Shown here piece by piece: positions 45,643 to 64,000 of a DNA stretch of 64,000 bases. The notes under the pieces were generated by a model. That model searched no databases and was not told the origin of the DNA. It worked only from the letters and a program-made list of their open reading frames with translations. The stretch is from the human T2T-CHM13v2.0 reference genome, Homo sapiens. The stretch lies in NCBI RefSeq assembly GCF_009914755.1, contig NC_060930.1; one strand, given 5' to 3'. A program made the translations under genes and the position numbers. Each line of letters starts with the position of its first letter. Within the stretch, counting starts at the first letter, position 1.

Positions 45643-46959
45643 CCAAAGTAATTTTCAGTGAAGGGGTACTGCTGTAAAAATGAGTCTGCAAACTAGATGC
45701 CCTTCCTCCTCCAATTCATCCTGCTGAGATGCACATAGATGTGTGTGTCTTAGAATCAGCTGATGCTGGGAATAGGTCCCTTGTTATTAAGGAGGAAGAT
45801 GCCAAGGGAGTCAGGAGGAGAGAGGTGTGTTCCTACAGTGCTGCGTGGAATTCTGCAGATGACCTAGCTGCTCCTGTCTTACTGTCAGTTTCTGCAGTCA
45901 AATCAGGCAGTTGTAACTTGCGTTTCTCTACTTTCTTTGATTTCATATCAAGCATCCTGCAAATTGGTGGGCATTTTTCAAATTCCCTTAAAGTTTGTGA
46001 ACAAGCATCTCCAAGGAGCACTTGCCATCTCTGTGCCTGATTTGTGTATGCTCACTGGCTTGCAGCTTTTCCCAGGTTCTCTGGTGTTAAATTAATAACA
46101 AATGATGTAGAGCTGACAGGCAGGTGAAACTGGGGAGAACCATGATATTAAAAAAAAATCTCAGTCTATTATGTAGCACAATGTGCAACACTTCGTCAGA
46201 TTTTGCCTGCAGGTATCTTAATTTTGCTTAAATATTTTGCTCATATCTTTTTAACCCAGAAGATGGGAACGTAGCCCTTAACATCTCTCAAGCAGACTGT
46301 GTAGCATATGTTAGTGTGATACAGAATACCAAACTCTGCCAGCTATTTGGCATTCTTTGAAAAGGCACTAGATAAAATAAAAATAAAGAAGATAAAAATA
46401 CTTTCATGGTGGAGGAATTGTCTGATTCCCACTCGAAGTTATAAGGCGCATATTTTGGATCAATATAAACATTATTTTCTCACAGACAGAGCTATCCAAC
46501 TGTGACTGCCTCAAAGTTAGAGTACTCTTTGTCATTGCAAGTATTTAAGAAATTGGAGATCATCTGCCAAGATTCTTTGGAAATGATTCGTTGCAAGTAT
46601 GCAAAATATTGGAAGAATACTTTGCAGTTTTAAACTACATACATTCAATCTGCTTTACATATTAAATTTCAATGTAATCTTTTAAAAATACTATGGAAAA
46701 TTAATATACACACAAGTAGGGATAATAACATAATGAACCCTTATTACTGATTACCCAATTTCAGCAATGAGAACATTTATTTTAAAGAACAGTGCCACTG
46801 CTAAAAACAAATTTAGAAGCTTCTGGATTGGATGATGCCTGAAGTCCCCCAAATTCTATTTTATGGGCAATATAAGGGTCAGCCAAAAAGTGAACACCAC
46901 TCAATGTCCATCATCTGATAATGAATAAACATAGTATGTCCATACAAGAGTAGATGTAG

Positions 46960-47258
<299 letters not shown>

Positions 47259-49199
47259 ATTGTCTGCTTCTTATGCTACGAAGTGTAGGTCCGTTTTTTA
47301 AAATATCCTCCCCATGCATTCAAATTTGTCTCCCCCAGTTCTGCAGCTATTTTTTTTTTGAAAGGCTCATTACTGAGCAAACATCTCTTTACGACCCACC
47401 TCTGTAAATCCCTCAATGAATGACCAACTTTGAAATGACTTCATGAGGTTCTCAGCTAAAGTAAATTATCAGCTGCACTATCTGGGGAGAAGAGACTAAG
47501 GGGAAAGGAGTGACTTTATTTTTTAGTAATACATGACTCAAAACGTCGACTATTCGTTATATCACCCCTACCCATGCATGGCTTGCTTCTGGGGTCTCTG
47601 AAATAGAATGAATTAATATTTTCATTTAGTTTTATTCTTGAAAGGGTGAGTTTCTCCACACACAGCATGGCTTTGTCTTCTGGAGAGAGGCAATAAATAA
47701 ACAAACAGTAAATAATTTAAATGATTCCGTAGTGATAAGTGCTGTTGAGAAAATAAAAGAGATTTATATCAGGAGGTGGGTTCAGGAAAGGTCTCTCTAA
47801 AAAGGTGGCACTTGAAATGAGGCCTAAATGACATGAAAGAACCTCTGAGAAGGTTTCTGTGGTGCAGCAAGTACAAGATTCTGAAGCACAACAGATTTTG
47901 ATTGAAAAGGGGTTGAAGAGAACTTGGTGAATAGAGAGGGGGAGAGATAGGGGATGAGGTCAGAGTGATGTGTAAGGACCAGGACATCAGGGGCCATGAT
48001 GGGGTCTTTGGGTTTTATTTCAAATACTCTGGGGAGCCTTCAGAAGCTTTAAGCAGGGACATGATGTAATTTGCTGTACACTTTCAAAGATCATACTGGT
48101 AGTCATGTGAAGAAAGGATGGTGGGGCAGAATGAATGGCTGCAGGGAAATGAATTTGCCAGCCATTCACGGGGTTCAGATGTGGGATTACGGCAGCCTGG
48201 TCTATCACTTAGGATTAGGATTGTGATACTAATGGCGGATTATGTAATAAACTCAACTATATTGGCTTCATCAAAGGGGTTTTTCACACAAGAAGAAGTC
48301 TATTGATGGCAGTCCATGGCAGTCCTTGGCTGCTCTTTTGTGCCTTTAGAGCCCAGGCTCTTTCTGTTTTCAGCCTCTGTCATTCCAACATGTTGCTCTT
48401 GTTCTCATGGTTGACAGATGGCTGCTGTACCTCCATTGCATGTGCCTTTTTAGGCCAAGAGGGCAAAAGGGAAAAGGCACTTCCCTTTTATCAGGAAAAT
48501 ATTGTACTGGTTATGGTTATCTGCAGAAAACTGAATTTACTCCAGCAATACTACTGCAATCCTACTTGGCCCCTGTGATGTTCAAGGCCAGATGCTAAAG
48601 CTTCATCACCGCTGCTCTTGGAAGATCCAGATCAGGCTGAGTTCTCAGCACAGCTAACTCCCCTGTTCTCTTCTTCTTGCCTAGTAATGGAACCCCTGAT
48701 TGATACATGGACCCATGACTGTCCACAAGAAAGACTACATTTCCCAACTCCCATGCATCTAGGTGAGGCATATGGCTCGGTTCTGGTTAGTGGGATTTAG
48801 GCCAAAGTGTCATGTGAATGAGCCCTCCCTTGTCTGACCTTCTTCCTTTTGCTGACTGGAAAGCAGATGTGATGGCTTGAGCTGCAACAGCCATCTTGGA
48901 CGATGAGGAGGAAGCCATACATGAATGTGGCAGAAAAACAAGAGAAGAAGCTCGGCTCACTCATGACTATAGAGTTGCCAAATCTTGCTTTCTTCAAGAA
49001 AAGTGTCTAAATGACTTTCTTCCTAGCCTTCAGTGAGAATCCAAAAACCTCTATTGTTAGGAAAACCCCCAGGAAGGGCAGAAAGCAACTGAAACCTAGC
49101 TCCCCTCCTCACCCCTGTCCCTGCTCCCCAAAGACTAAAGGTTGGATGGGCCTGGGTGATATGATGACATATGCCAATCTCGATCACGTGCCAGATGCC

Positions 49200-49736
<537 letters not shown>

Positions 49737-49956
49737 TTCTACGTAACCAAGAAATAAAATTTGTTTTGCTTATGCCATTTAGTTTTGTGTGTGTGCGTGT
49801 GTGTGTTTTTTCTGCCACATATATAGCTAAATCTAGTCCTGATTATGTCAAAGGTTTTATTTGAATGTTTTTGTCCACCTGGCAAAATCTTATTTATTCT
49901 TCAACACTCATCTCAGTATAAACTCTGTAACTACTTTTTTGTCTTCTCCATGATAG

Positions 49957-50340
<384 letters not shown>

Positions 50341-50476
50341 TAATGGCTTATATCATGTCATCTTTGCCTGTCAGTGAACTACATGAGGATAGAGATTGTT
50401 ATTTACCTGTGTATATCTGGTCTTATAACAGTGCCAGATAAATGGTAGATATCCAAAGCTAACCTGAACTTTTAAT

Positions 50477-50829
<353 letters not shown>

Positions 50830-50949
50830 TGATTTTTTCTTTCTTCTGGTGCGGATTACTGGGGGAATCTGTAAGCTTTATGCAAGAGAAAAAAGTTGCC
50901 GTTTTCATACAGATCCATGACATTTTGCAAAATTTATTTGTAAAATTAC

Positions 50950-55931
<4,982 letters not shown>

Positions 55932-56925
55932 TGATGGGCCTAGGTAGTTATGGTTATTTTCATTTTTTTCTTATTAGATGGGGTCCAGTGGGGAATCTTA
56001 AAGCTTTCTGCATGAAAAGAGAGTAGTAGTTTCTACAACAGATCAATGACATTTTGAAAAATTTTTCTTTTAAAATTACTTGAGCACACAATTTGAGACA
56101 CTGTAATTTGTTTTTACTCCACAGGGACATTGACAGGGGCCAGGTAATAGTTTATAAAACAAACACAAAGACCAAAGTCATTTGAAATTCAGACTGATTT
56201 TCTATCTTTTTTTGGGGGAGATAAGGGGAGGTTGTTGAAAAAGATAAACCTTTCATTCATTTTTATTTAGGGCCATTCTTGCCAGCAAGGGAAATTTAAT
56301 CCATTCCAACCACCAAATCATTGACCGTACATTTATTCATTAAAGTAATCAATCAGTAGGAACAGGGTTTTCTTTCTTTTAATATATTAAATGGTAAAAA
56401 TGATGGGCTCATAAAAGTGTCTAGGAATTTTCATTTCTTATCTTAGGTCAGCTGTCTGCAACAGTGTAATCCCAACTGTGGGACTTTGACATAGCTTGCC
56501 TGCTTTTTCAGTTGTTTTATGAGCACACGTGCCATTTGTCCATATATGTAGCTTCCCATATGCCGCCGTGCAAGAAGAGAGTGCTGGCAGCAGTAATTCC
56601 GACTAAGGGCACAAGAGAGAACAGAAGCATCAGAATTGGCACATATCTGGAGACAAACACTGGCACCCTGGTCAGTAGTTGATGCATTCCTCCACCTGTC
56701 CCTGCAACTGCTCAGTCCTGGTGTCTATGACTGACAAGCCCTGTGGTCTGTCCTCTGTCATGGACACTGGCAGGAACACATCCACTCATAGCCTTTGAAT
56801 TCAAAAGCAGATACTAAATGAATGTGATCACACAACTATTAGTTTTCTGTCATCATAAATAATTTATGAGGAAGGTCTTTGTTATTTTTTAAGATGGTTG
56901 ATATTTTAAAGAAAATAGCACATTT

Positions 56926-57214
56926 GGCCAGGCGCGGTGGCTGATGCCTGTAATCCCAGCACTTTGGGAGGCTGAGGCAGGTGGATTGCCTGAGATCGGG
57001 AGTTCAAGACCAGCCTGACCAACTTGCAGAAACCCTGTCTCTCCTGAAAATACAAAATTAGCCGGGCATGGTGGTGGGTACCTGTAATCCCAGCTACTAA
57101 GGAGGCTGAGGCAGGAGAATCACTTGAACCCAGGAGCTCACTTGCGGTGAGCTGAGATTGCGCCACTGCACTCCAGCCTGGGCAACAAGAGTGAAATTCC
57201 ATCTTTTAAAAAAA
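56926..57214 (+). mobile_element. Alu (AluS)
   Basis: TSD aaaat(a/g)gcacattt. Confidence 0.92.
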
Positions 57215-57219
57215 TGGCA

Positions 57220-57960
57220 CATTTAAACAGTTTTTTTTTGCTGCACAACTTGCACACAGAAAAGTGTGTCAATTGTAAACATACAGATCAACATTTCACA
57301 AATAGAACACACCTGCGTAACCAGCACCCAGATCAAAAAGCGCCCTCTCATGCACCCCTTTCTAATCCTTCCAGTTACTGATCTGAAAAGTAACCACCAC
57401 CTTGACTTCAAATACCATAGATTGGTTTTACCTGTTGCTAAAACTTTATATAAACAAAGTCATATGGTAAGTAGCCTTTTTAAAGCATTTATTTTTGAAG
57501 CTTTGTTCAGGCATGATGTTGTACAATACATTCCATATATTTAGAGGATACAATTTGATGAGTTTTGACATATGAATACACCCATGAAACCATCACCACA
57601 ATCAAGATAATGAACATATCCATCACTCCCAAAGTTTCCTTATCTACCCTCTCCCTGCCCCTCCTCTACTCTCCCCAGGCCACCACTGATCTGCTTCTGT
57701 CATCATAAATCAGTTTGCATTTTCTAGAATTTGATGGAAGTGGAATCATAAGGAATGTACTCTTTTTTTGGTCTTTCACTCCCTATAATTATTTTGAGAT
57801 GTACCCATGCTATTTTGTGTATCAGTAGTTTTTTTTTTTTTTTTATCGCTCTTTAGCATTCTGTTGTTTGGACACATCACAATTTCTTTATCCACTCCTC
57901 TGTTAGTAAGTACTTTTTTGCATGTGGCTTCCTTTGCTTAACATTATGCTTGTGAGATTC
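57220..57960 (-). mobile_element. Old L1M 3' fragments
   Basis: caatttgatgagttttgaca...accatcaccacaatcaagata...ccaggccaccactgatctgc. Confidence 0.75.
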
Positions 57961-58629
57961 GTTCTTAGTAGGACATTTATGGAAGAAAAGGGAAAGTTAC
58001 TGAGTAACATACCAAGGGATAAAACTCTGCACCAGAGAAGATGAATCAATCTACATTTGTGAGGTCATGGTCAACCTTAAGTCATTCACATATTAGTTCA
58101 AATCATTTATTGAGCATCTACTTTGTACAAGATATGTGAGAGAGTGAGCATATAGTGAAAGGGTAGATTGTATTACTGTTCCTACTTGTTTTCTGCCTTC
58201 CCTTGTAAGAAGATGATATATCCCTGTCTCCAGCCATGTGGCTTGCAGTGCATCCCTAACTGAGGATTATACTTTTCTGCCCTACTTATGTCAGGGGTGG
58301 GTATTTGACTTACTGTGGCTGAGGAAATGTGAGAAGAAGCTTGAAGAGCTGTTGGGTGGTTTGGCCTTAACCCTTTTTTCTCTGCCACAAGATCATTATG
58401 CCCCCACATGGGGGTTGAGGTGGGGGTTCTTCAACCTGTATTTGAAAGAAGGCACACAGATCAGAACCACTGCTGACCTGTGGCTGATACAGATAGTGAG
58501 CAGGAAATCTTTGTTGTAGGCAGTAGTTACAAAGAAGAGCTTGGTCACTCCACACATGAGAAAATAAATTCTTAAATTATTCAATAATTAGTTGTGTTTT
58601 GATGGTAATACAACATGCCAATGCGCTTA

Positions 58630-58950
58630 AATTTTTTATTTTATTTTATTTATTTATATTTTTTGAGACAGAGTCTTGCTTTGATGGCCAGGCTGGAGTG
58701 CGGTGGTGCAATCTTGGCTCACTGCAACCTCTACCTCCTGGGCTCAAGCCATCCTCACACTTCACCCCCTTCCTGAGTAGCTGGGATCATAAGCACATGC
58801 CACCATGGCTGGATAATTTTTGTATCTTTTTCCAGAGACAGTGTCTCGCTATGTTGCCCAAGCTGGTCTCAAACTCCTGGCTTAAGCGATCTCCCACCTA
58901 AGCCTCCCAAAGTGCTGGGAGTACAGGTGTGAGCCACTGCACCTGACAGC
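58630..58950 (-). mobile_element. AluJ
   Basis: Diverged antisense dimer. Confidence 0.9.
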
Positions 58951-59104
58951 CCTTTAAATTTTTAAGACTTTTTCAGTTTTAATCATCCCCTCCATTCTTC
59001 CTTTACCAATATATTTTCTTTACCTTTAAAAGCAAGTTTACCTTTAATTAAGAAATAAATAATTTCCTGCATGCCTCATTTATCTCATTTAATACTTGAT
59101 TGCC

Positions 59105-59875
59105 TACAAGTGACCAAAAACATATGAAAAATGTTTAACACCAGTAATCATCAGAGAGATTCAAATCAAGACTACCAGGAGATACTATCTCACACCAGTC
59201 AGAATGGCTATTATTAAAAAGTCAGAAAATACCAGATGCTGGTGAGGTTACAGAGAAAAGGGAATGCTTATACACTCCTTGTGGGAATATAAATTAGTTC
59301 AGCCTTTGTGGGAAGCAGTATGGAGAATTCTTTCTAAAGCTAGAATTACCATTCAACCCAGCAATCCCATTACTGGGTATATACCCAAAGGTAAATATAT
59401 GTACCCCAAAAGAGACCTGCACGTGTGTGTTTATCATAGTGCTATTCACAATAGCAAAGACATAGAATCAATCCAGGTGTCCATCAATGGTGGACTGGAG
59501 AAAGGAAATGTGGTACATAGACAGTATGGAATACTACATAGCCATAAACAAGAATGAAATCATGTCCTTTGCGGCAACATGGATGTAGCTGGAGGCCATT
59601 ATCCTAGGTGAACCAATGCAGAAACAGAAAACCATATACCACATGTTCTTACTTATAAGTAGGAGCTAAACATTTGGTATACACAAACACATAGATGAGA
59701 ACAATAAACACTGGAGATTCCAAAAAGGGGAAGGGGGAGGGCAAGGATTGAAAAACTACCTATAGGGAACTATGCTCACTACCTGGATGATGAGATCAGT
59801 CATACCCCAAACCTCAGCATCCCGAAATATACTCGTGTTACGAACATGCACATGTCCCCCCGGATCTAAAAAACC
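59105..59875 (+). mobile_element. L1 (L1PB/L1MA-like) ORF2 end and 3'UTR
   Basis: ctcacaccagtcagaatggctattattaaaaagtca and cagcaatcccattactgggtatatacccaaag. ORF 59264 (WEYKLVQPLWEAVW) is an ORF2 C-terminal remnant. Confidence 0.9.
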
Positions 59876-59923
59876 AAGAACTTAGTCATCTGGTTTCTTC
59901 CTCAGGATACTAGGAGGTTTTAG

Positions 59924-60047
59924 GGCATGCATGGTGGTGTATGCCTGTAATTCCAGCTACTTGGGAGGCAGAGGCGAGAGGATCACTAGAGCCCAGGAGT
60001 TCAAGGCCAGCCTGGGCAACAGAGGGAGATCCCATCTTTTAAAAAAT
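59924..60047 (+). mobile_element. Free left Alu monomer (FLAM)
   Basis: Monomer with a perfect 17-bp TSD atactaggaggttttag (59907-59923 and 60048-60064). Confidence 0.88.
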
Positions 60048-60240
60048 ATACTAGGAGGTTTTAGACTGTTTCTTGGGATCTAATGAATCCAATGATCCCA
60101 ACAATTTTCCCCAATCCCCTCTCTACCCTTCTCAGGGTATGAGCATGATACTCTCCATTTTTCTTTCCCCTACCTGTCAACCTCCTGTTCCTGCATTCAT
60201 CTACTTGAATCACAGACTCTCCCATAATGTTAGGACAGTG

Positions 60241-60540
60241 GGCCTGGTGCAGTAGCTCACACCTGTAATCCCAGCACTTTGGGAGGCTGATGTGGAAGGA
60301 TCCCTTGAGACCAGGAGTTCAAGATCAGCTTGGGCAACATAGAAAACCCCGTCTCTACAAAAAATACAAAAATTAGCTGGGTGTGGTGATGCACACCTAT
60401 AGTCCCAGCTGCTTGGAAGGCTGAGGTGGGAGGATCACCTGAGCCTGGGTTGTCAAGGCTGCAGTGAACTAAGATCACGCCACTGCACTACAGCTTGGGT
60501 GACAAAATGAGACTCTGTCTCCAAAAAAAAAAAAAAAAAG
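60241..60540 (+). mobile_element. AluJ
   Basis: Sense dimer with poly-A. Confidence 0.92.
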
Positions 60541-61117
60541 CAAAACACAGGGTTAAGATACTATCAGCACCTTGTCAAAATTCCTACCAAAAGGCCTTCC
60601 TCTGTTAAGCCAGTGAAGGAGGAGGTCTGGACTAAGATCAACTCAACTATATTTTCTTATGACCACACTACTGAATGGTTAATTTTCTTGTATTATTAGT
60701 TTACACAGGGCCTAGGCTAACTGGCATAGCTGTGCACCTCTCTAAAAGGAGTCTTTTATGTCTTAACATTGTCTGAGAATCCACCTCATCTACACTGTGC
60801 TGCAGTCTCTATCTTATATTGTACAATTAAAATTTACTCATGAACTATGGAAGTCATGCTCTTTATTTGGGCTCATGATCATACTTGTTGTCTCTGGAAG
60901 GTTTAAAAATTCCCATTTCTGAAAGCTTAGTTCCAAACTTGCACTGACTACCAACTACTAATATTACCTGTTTGAAGGAATCATTATAAAATACTCTTTG
61001 AGAATGTAGCTTATGTGTAGGTGTTGGAAAAATACATTTACCTGGTGATTCTTGGCTATAGTTGGCTTCAGGTGTGGTTGGATGTGCAGTGATTTTGTGT
61101 ACTTGAGGCCCTCTATC

Positions 61118-61446
<329 letters not shown>

Positions 61447-61479
61447 TAGCTGGGACCCAAGAGCAGCATGGCAGATGGG

Positions 61480-61730
61480 GAAAAGCCTGGTATCAAAGCC
61501 CAGGCTCCCTGTGGCATTCCCTTCCCTACCACATACTAGGAGTGTAGCCTGGATGAAGCTACTTCACATCTCTGTGTTCCAGCGTTTCAACTGTAAAATG
61601 GACTATTTCTAAAATAGTACTACACACCTGTAAAGTTAGTCATGAGGGCTAAAGGAGTTAATGTAAGTAGAGCACTTAGAACAGAGCCTGGCACCTAAGA
61701 AAGCGCTGTAGAAATGTTAGCATTATTAGT
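61480..61730 (+). mobile_element. MIR
   Basis: ctgtaaaatgg...agagcacttagaacagagcctggcac...aaatgttagcattatta. Confidence 0.75.
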
Positions 61731-61996
61731 GGGCTGGATCAACCCACTCTGTCCCTCCATGGGGTGAGCATCCTGTTGGGATCTGCTGGGGCATTCCTGT
61801 CTGCAAATGGAATTGTGAGGTGGTTCAGTGAAGCTGCAGTTTCATTTAATTCCTGAAAAGGACTGGCACCAGGCCACTTTGAGCAGTGAAGTTGGTCTTC
61901 AGTAGTATTTGGTTCTTCCCATCAGTTTTTGAGTCTTATTCTTCTCTTTGTCCCAGTTGGCCAATGTCTTGCTGATCCAGATCCTGACAACAATGA

Positions 61997-62275
<279 letters not shown>

Positions 62276-62308
62276 TTTCATTTTACTTTAAATGTATCCA
62301 ACCAAAGA

Positions 62309-62362
62309 TCCATCCATCCACCCACCCACCCACTCACCCATCCATCCATCTATCGGTCCATC
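62309..62362. repeat. (CCAT/CCAC)n microsatellite
   Basis: Seen directly in the sequence. Confidence 0.9.
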
Positions 62363-63213
62363 CGACAAACATTTATGGAGCAACTCCTACCTGCTAGGCA
62401 AATTCGAGGCATTAGGAAATGCTAGGAAATAGCATCATTTCTGTCTTCAAGAAGCTTGACATTGATATTGGGTTAATCCACAGGAAATGACACGAAATGC
62501 CGAGAAGTCTGGCATTTTGATAGGCTGCTAAGAGAGATATTTATGTCTTTTTCAGGGGCTATTTCAAAACCTTTACATGGTAACACGAAAAGCACCCTCT
62601 ACTTATTTAAAGACATGATTTCTTATACAGGTATTTAAAAAGAGCATGAAGCTGGGACATTCTAAGAGCCAAGAAGTTAGGAAGGCAGTGAAAGGGGAGT
62701 AGGTATCGTGGATAAAAGTTAGAAGTTTAGGTAAAAATTGTGTGTCATAAGCTCTGCAGCTGGGACTTATCTGTCCTGCCCAAAACGAGCCAATAGTTGT
62801 GCACCAAGGCTCCTCAGCACAGCATGAGGACGAGGTGATGATCAGATCCTTCTTTCTGGCTGCAGGACCCAGGGTGCTATTGCTGCAGCTGGCGAGGATG
62901 ATCACAGCACTGTCCAGACATCTCCAATGAGTAAGGCACCTGTCCGATGGTGCTGCAATGCTCATTCTATTTCCAGCAAGTTATTAGAAAAATGTGCGTA
63001 ATCATTGTGTAAAATGCCAGCAGAGTTACCTTTGTGTGGTTTTTCTCACTTGAGATCTCAAAGTCAAGTCAAAATTCTTGAGGGGCTGTCCTTGTCCTTG
63101 GTAGCTGGATTCCCATCTCATTCAGTCCAATGTCTCCCACTACTTTCCAATGTGCAGCTTGGTTCTGTCAAGCTGCTCTCATTCTTCCTCACTAAAAATG
63201 ACCGAATTCCCTT

Positions 63214-63505
63214 GGCCAGGTGTGGTAGCTCACACCTGTAATCCCAGCACTTTGGGAGGCCGAGGCGGGTGGATCATGAGATCATGAGATCAGGAGTTGG
63301 CGACCAGCCTGACCAACATGATGAAACCCTGCCTCTACTAAAAATACAAAAATTAGCCTGCAATCCCAGCTACTCAGGAGGCTGAGGCAGGAGAATTGCT
63401 TGAACCCAGGAGGTGGAGGTGAGCCAAGATCATGCCACTGCACTCCAGTTTGGGCAACAGAGTGAGACTCTGTCTCAAAAAAACAAAACAAAACAAAACA
63501 AAACA
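63214..63505 (+). mobile_element. Alu (AluS) with small internal deletions and a 9-bp duplication
   Basis: Sense Alu with gatcatgag repeated and an (AAAAC)n tail. Confidence 0.9.
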
Positions 63506-64000
63506 ACCTCATTTCCACCTCGAGGCTTTCACTCCCCCTTCTCCCCCTTGATTAGTTACTTCTTTTTCCTTTCTCCCATACTTTTCTGGCTCCACTTAAA
63601 ACTTCTTCAGTGAAGCATTCCAGAATTGCTTCACATCCTTTAATAACCTCTATTTCCCCCTGTGAATTTCCAGGCTACTGTGCACATAATTTGGATTACA
63701 CAATTTAGTCTTTGATTACATATTGCATTGCAACGCTGGCTAGTTATTTTATGTGCTGGTGTGGTTAACTGATCGAGTAGGAAGCTTCCTGCTCCTTTCC
63801 TGCACATGTCCCGGCACCCAGCACAGTGCTGAGGATATAGTAGGTATCCAACGTTTGTACCAGTACATCTAGTATATACATTATTGCAGGTATGGATCCC
63901 AGCTTTTCAAAGTCTGAAGCTTATACAATTTGAAGAAGCCTTTTCCTGAAAGGAAAAGAAAAAGACTACAAGATGACGAATACAAAATCAGGAGCCAAAA

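Overview
Primate genomic DNA, almost certainly human: it is Alu-dense and contains a human-specific AluYa5. The window holds the complete EEF1E1 (AIMP3/p18) gene on the minus strand. I assembled the 174-aa CDS by hand from four GT-AG, all phase-0 exons (35266-35180, 30204-30004, 23016-22921, 12761-12621). Other gene features are a CpG-island promoter (~34.8-35.5 kb), a MIR-derived alternative last exon (6244-6209) and an H/ACA RNA in intron 3 (~19142-19266, recognised as SCARNA27). The rest is mostly interspersed repeats: about 40 Alus, a near-full-length Tigger1, Tigger2a/Tigger3/MER30/MER5A, THE1/MST/MLT LTRs, and L1/L2/MIR. Nearly all entries in the ORF track are Alu or other repeat artefacts. 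I see no new protein-coding system. The most interesting observations are: (i) the 5' pocket of the H/ACA RNA fits U4 snRNA pseudouridine 4 with canonical geometry; (ii) an AluY at 47 kb carries the 3' flank of a different AluY 37 kb away; (iii) a ~70-bp L1 stub has a 71-bp target-site duplication next to exon 3; (iv) several templated-insertion or template-switch scars are present; (v) there is a candidate third terminal exon. Repeat subfamily names come from recalled consensus sequences, and repeat boundaries are approximate unless TSDs are quoted.
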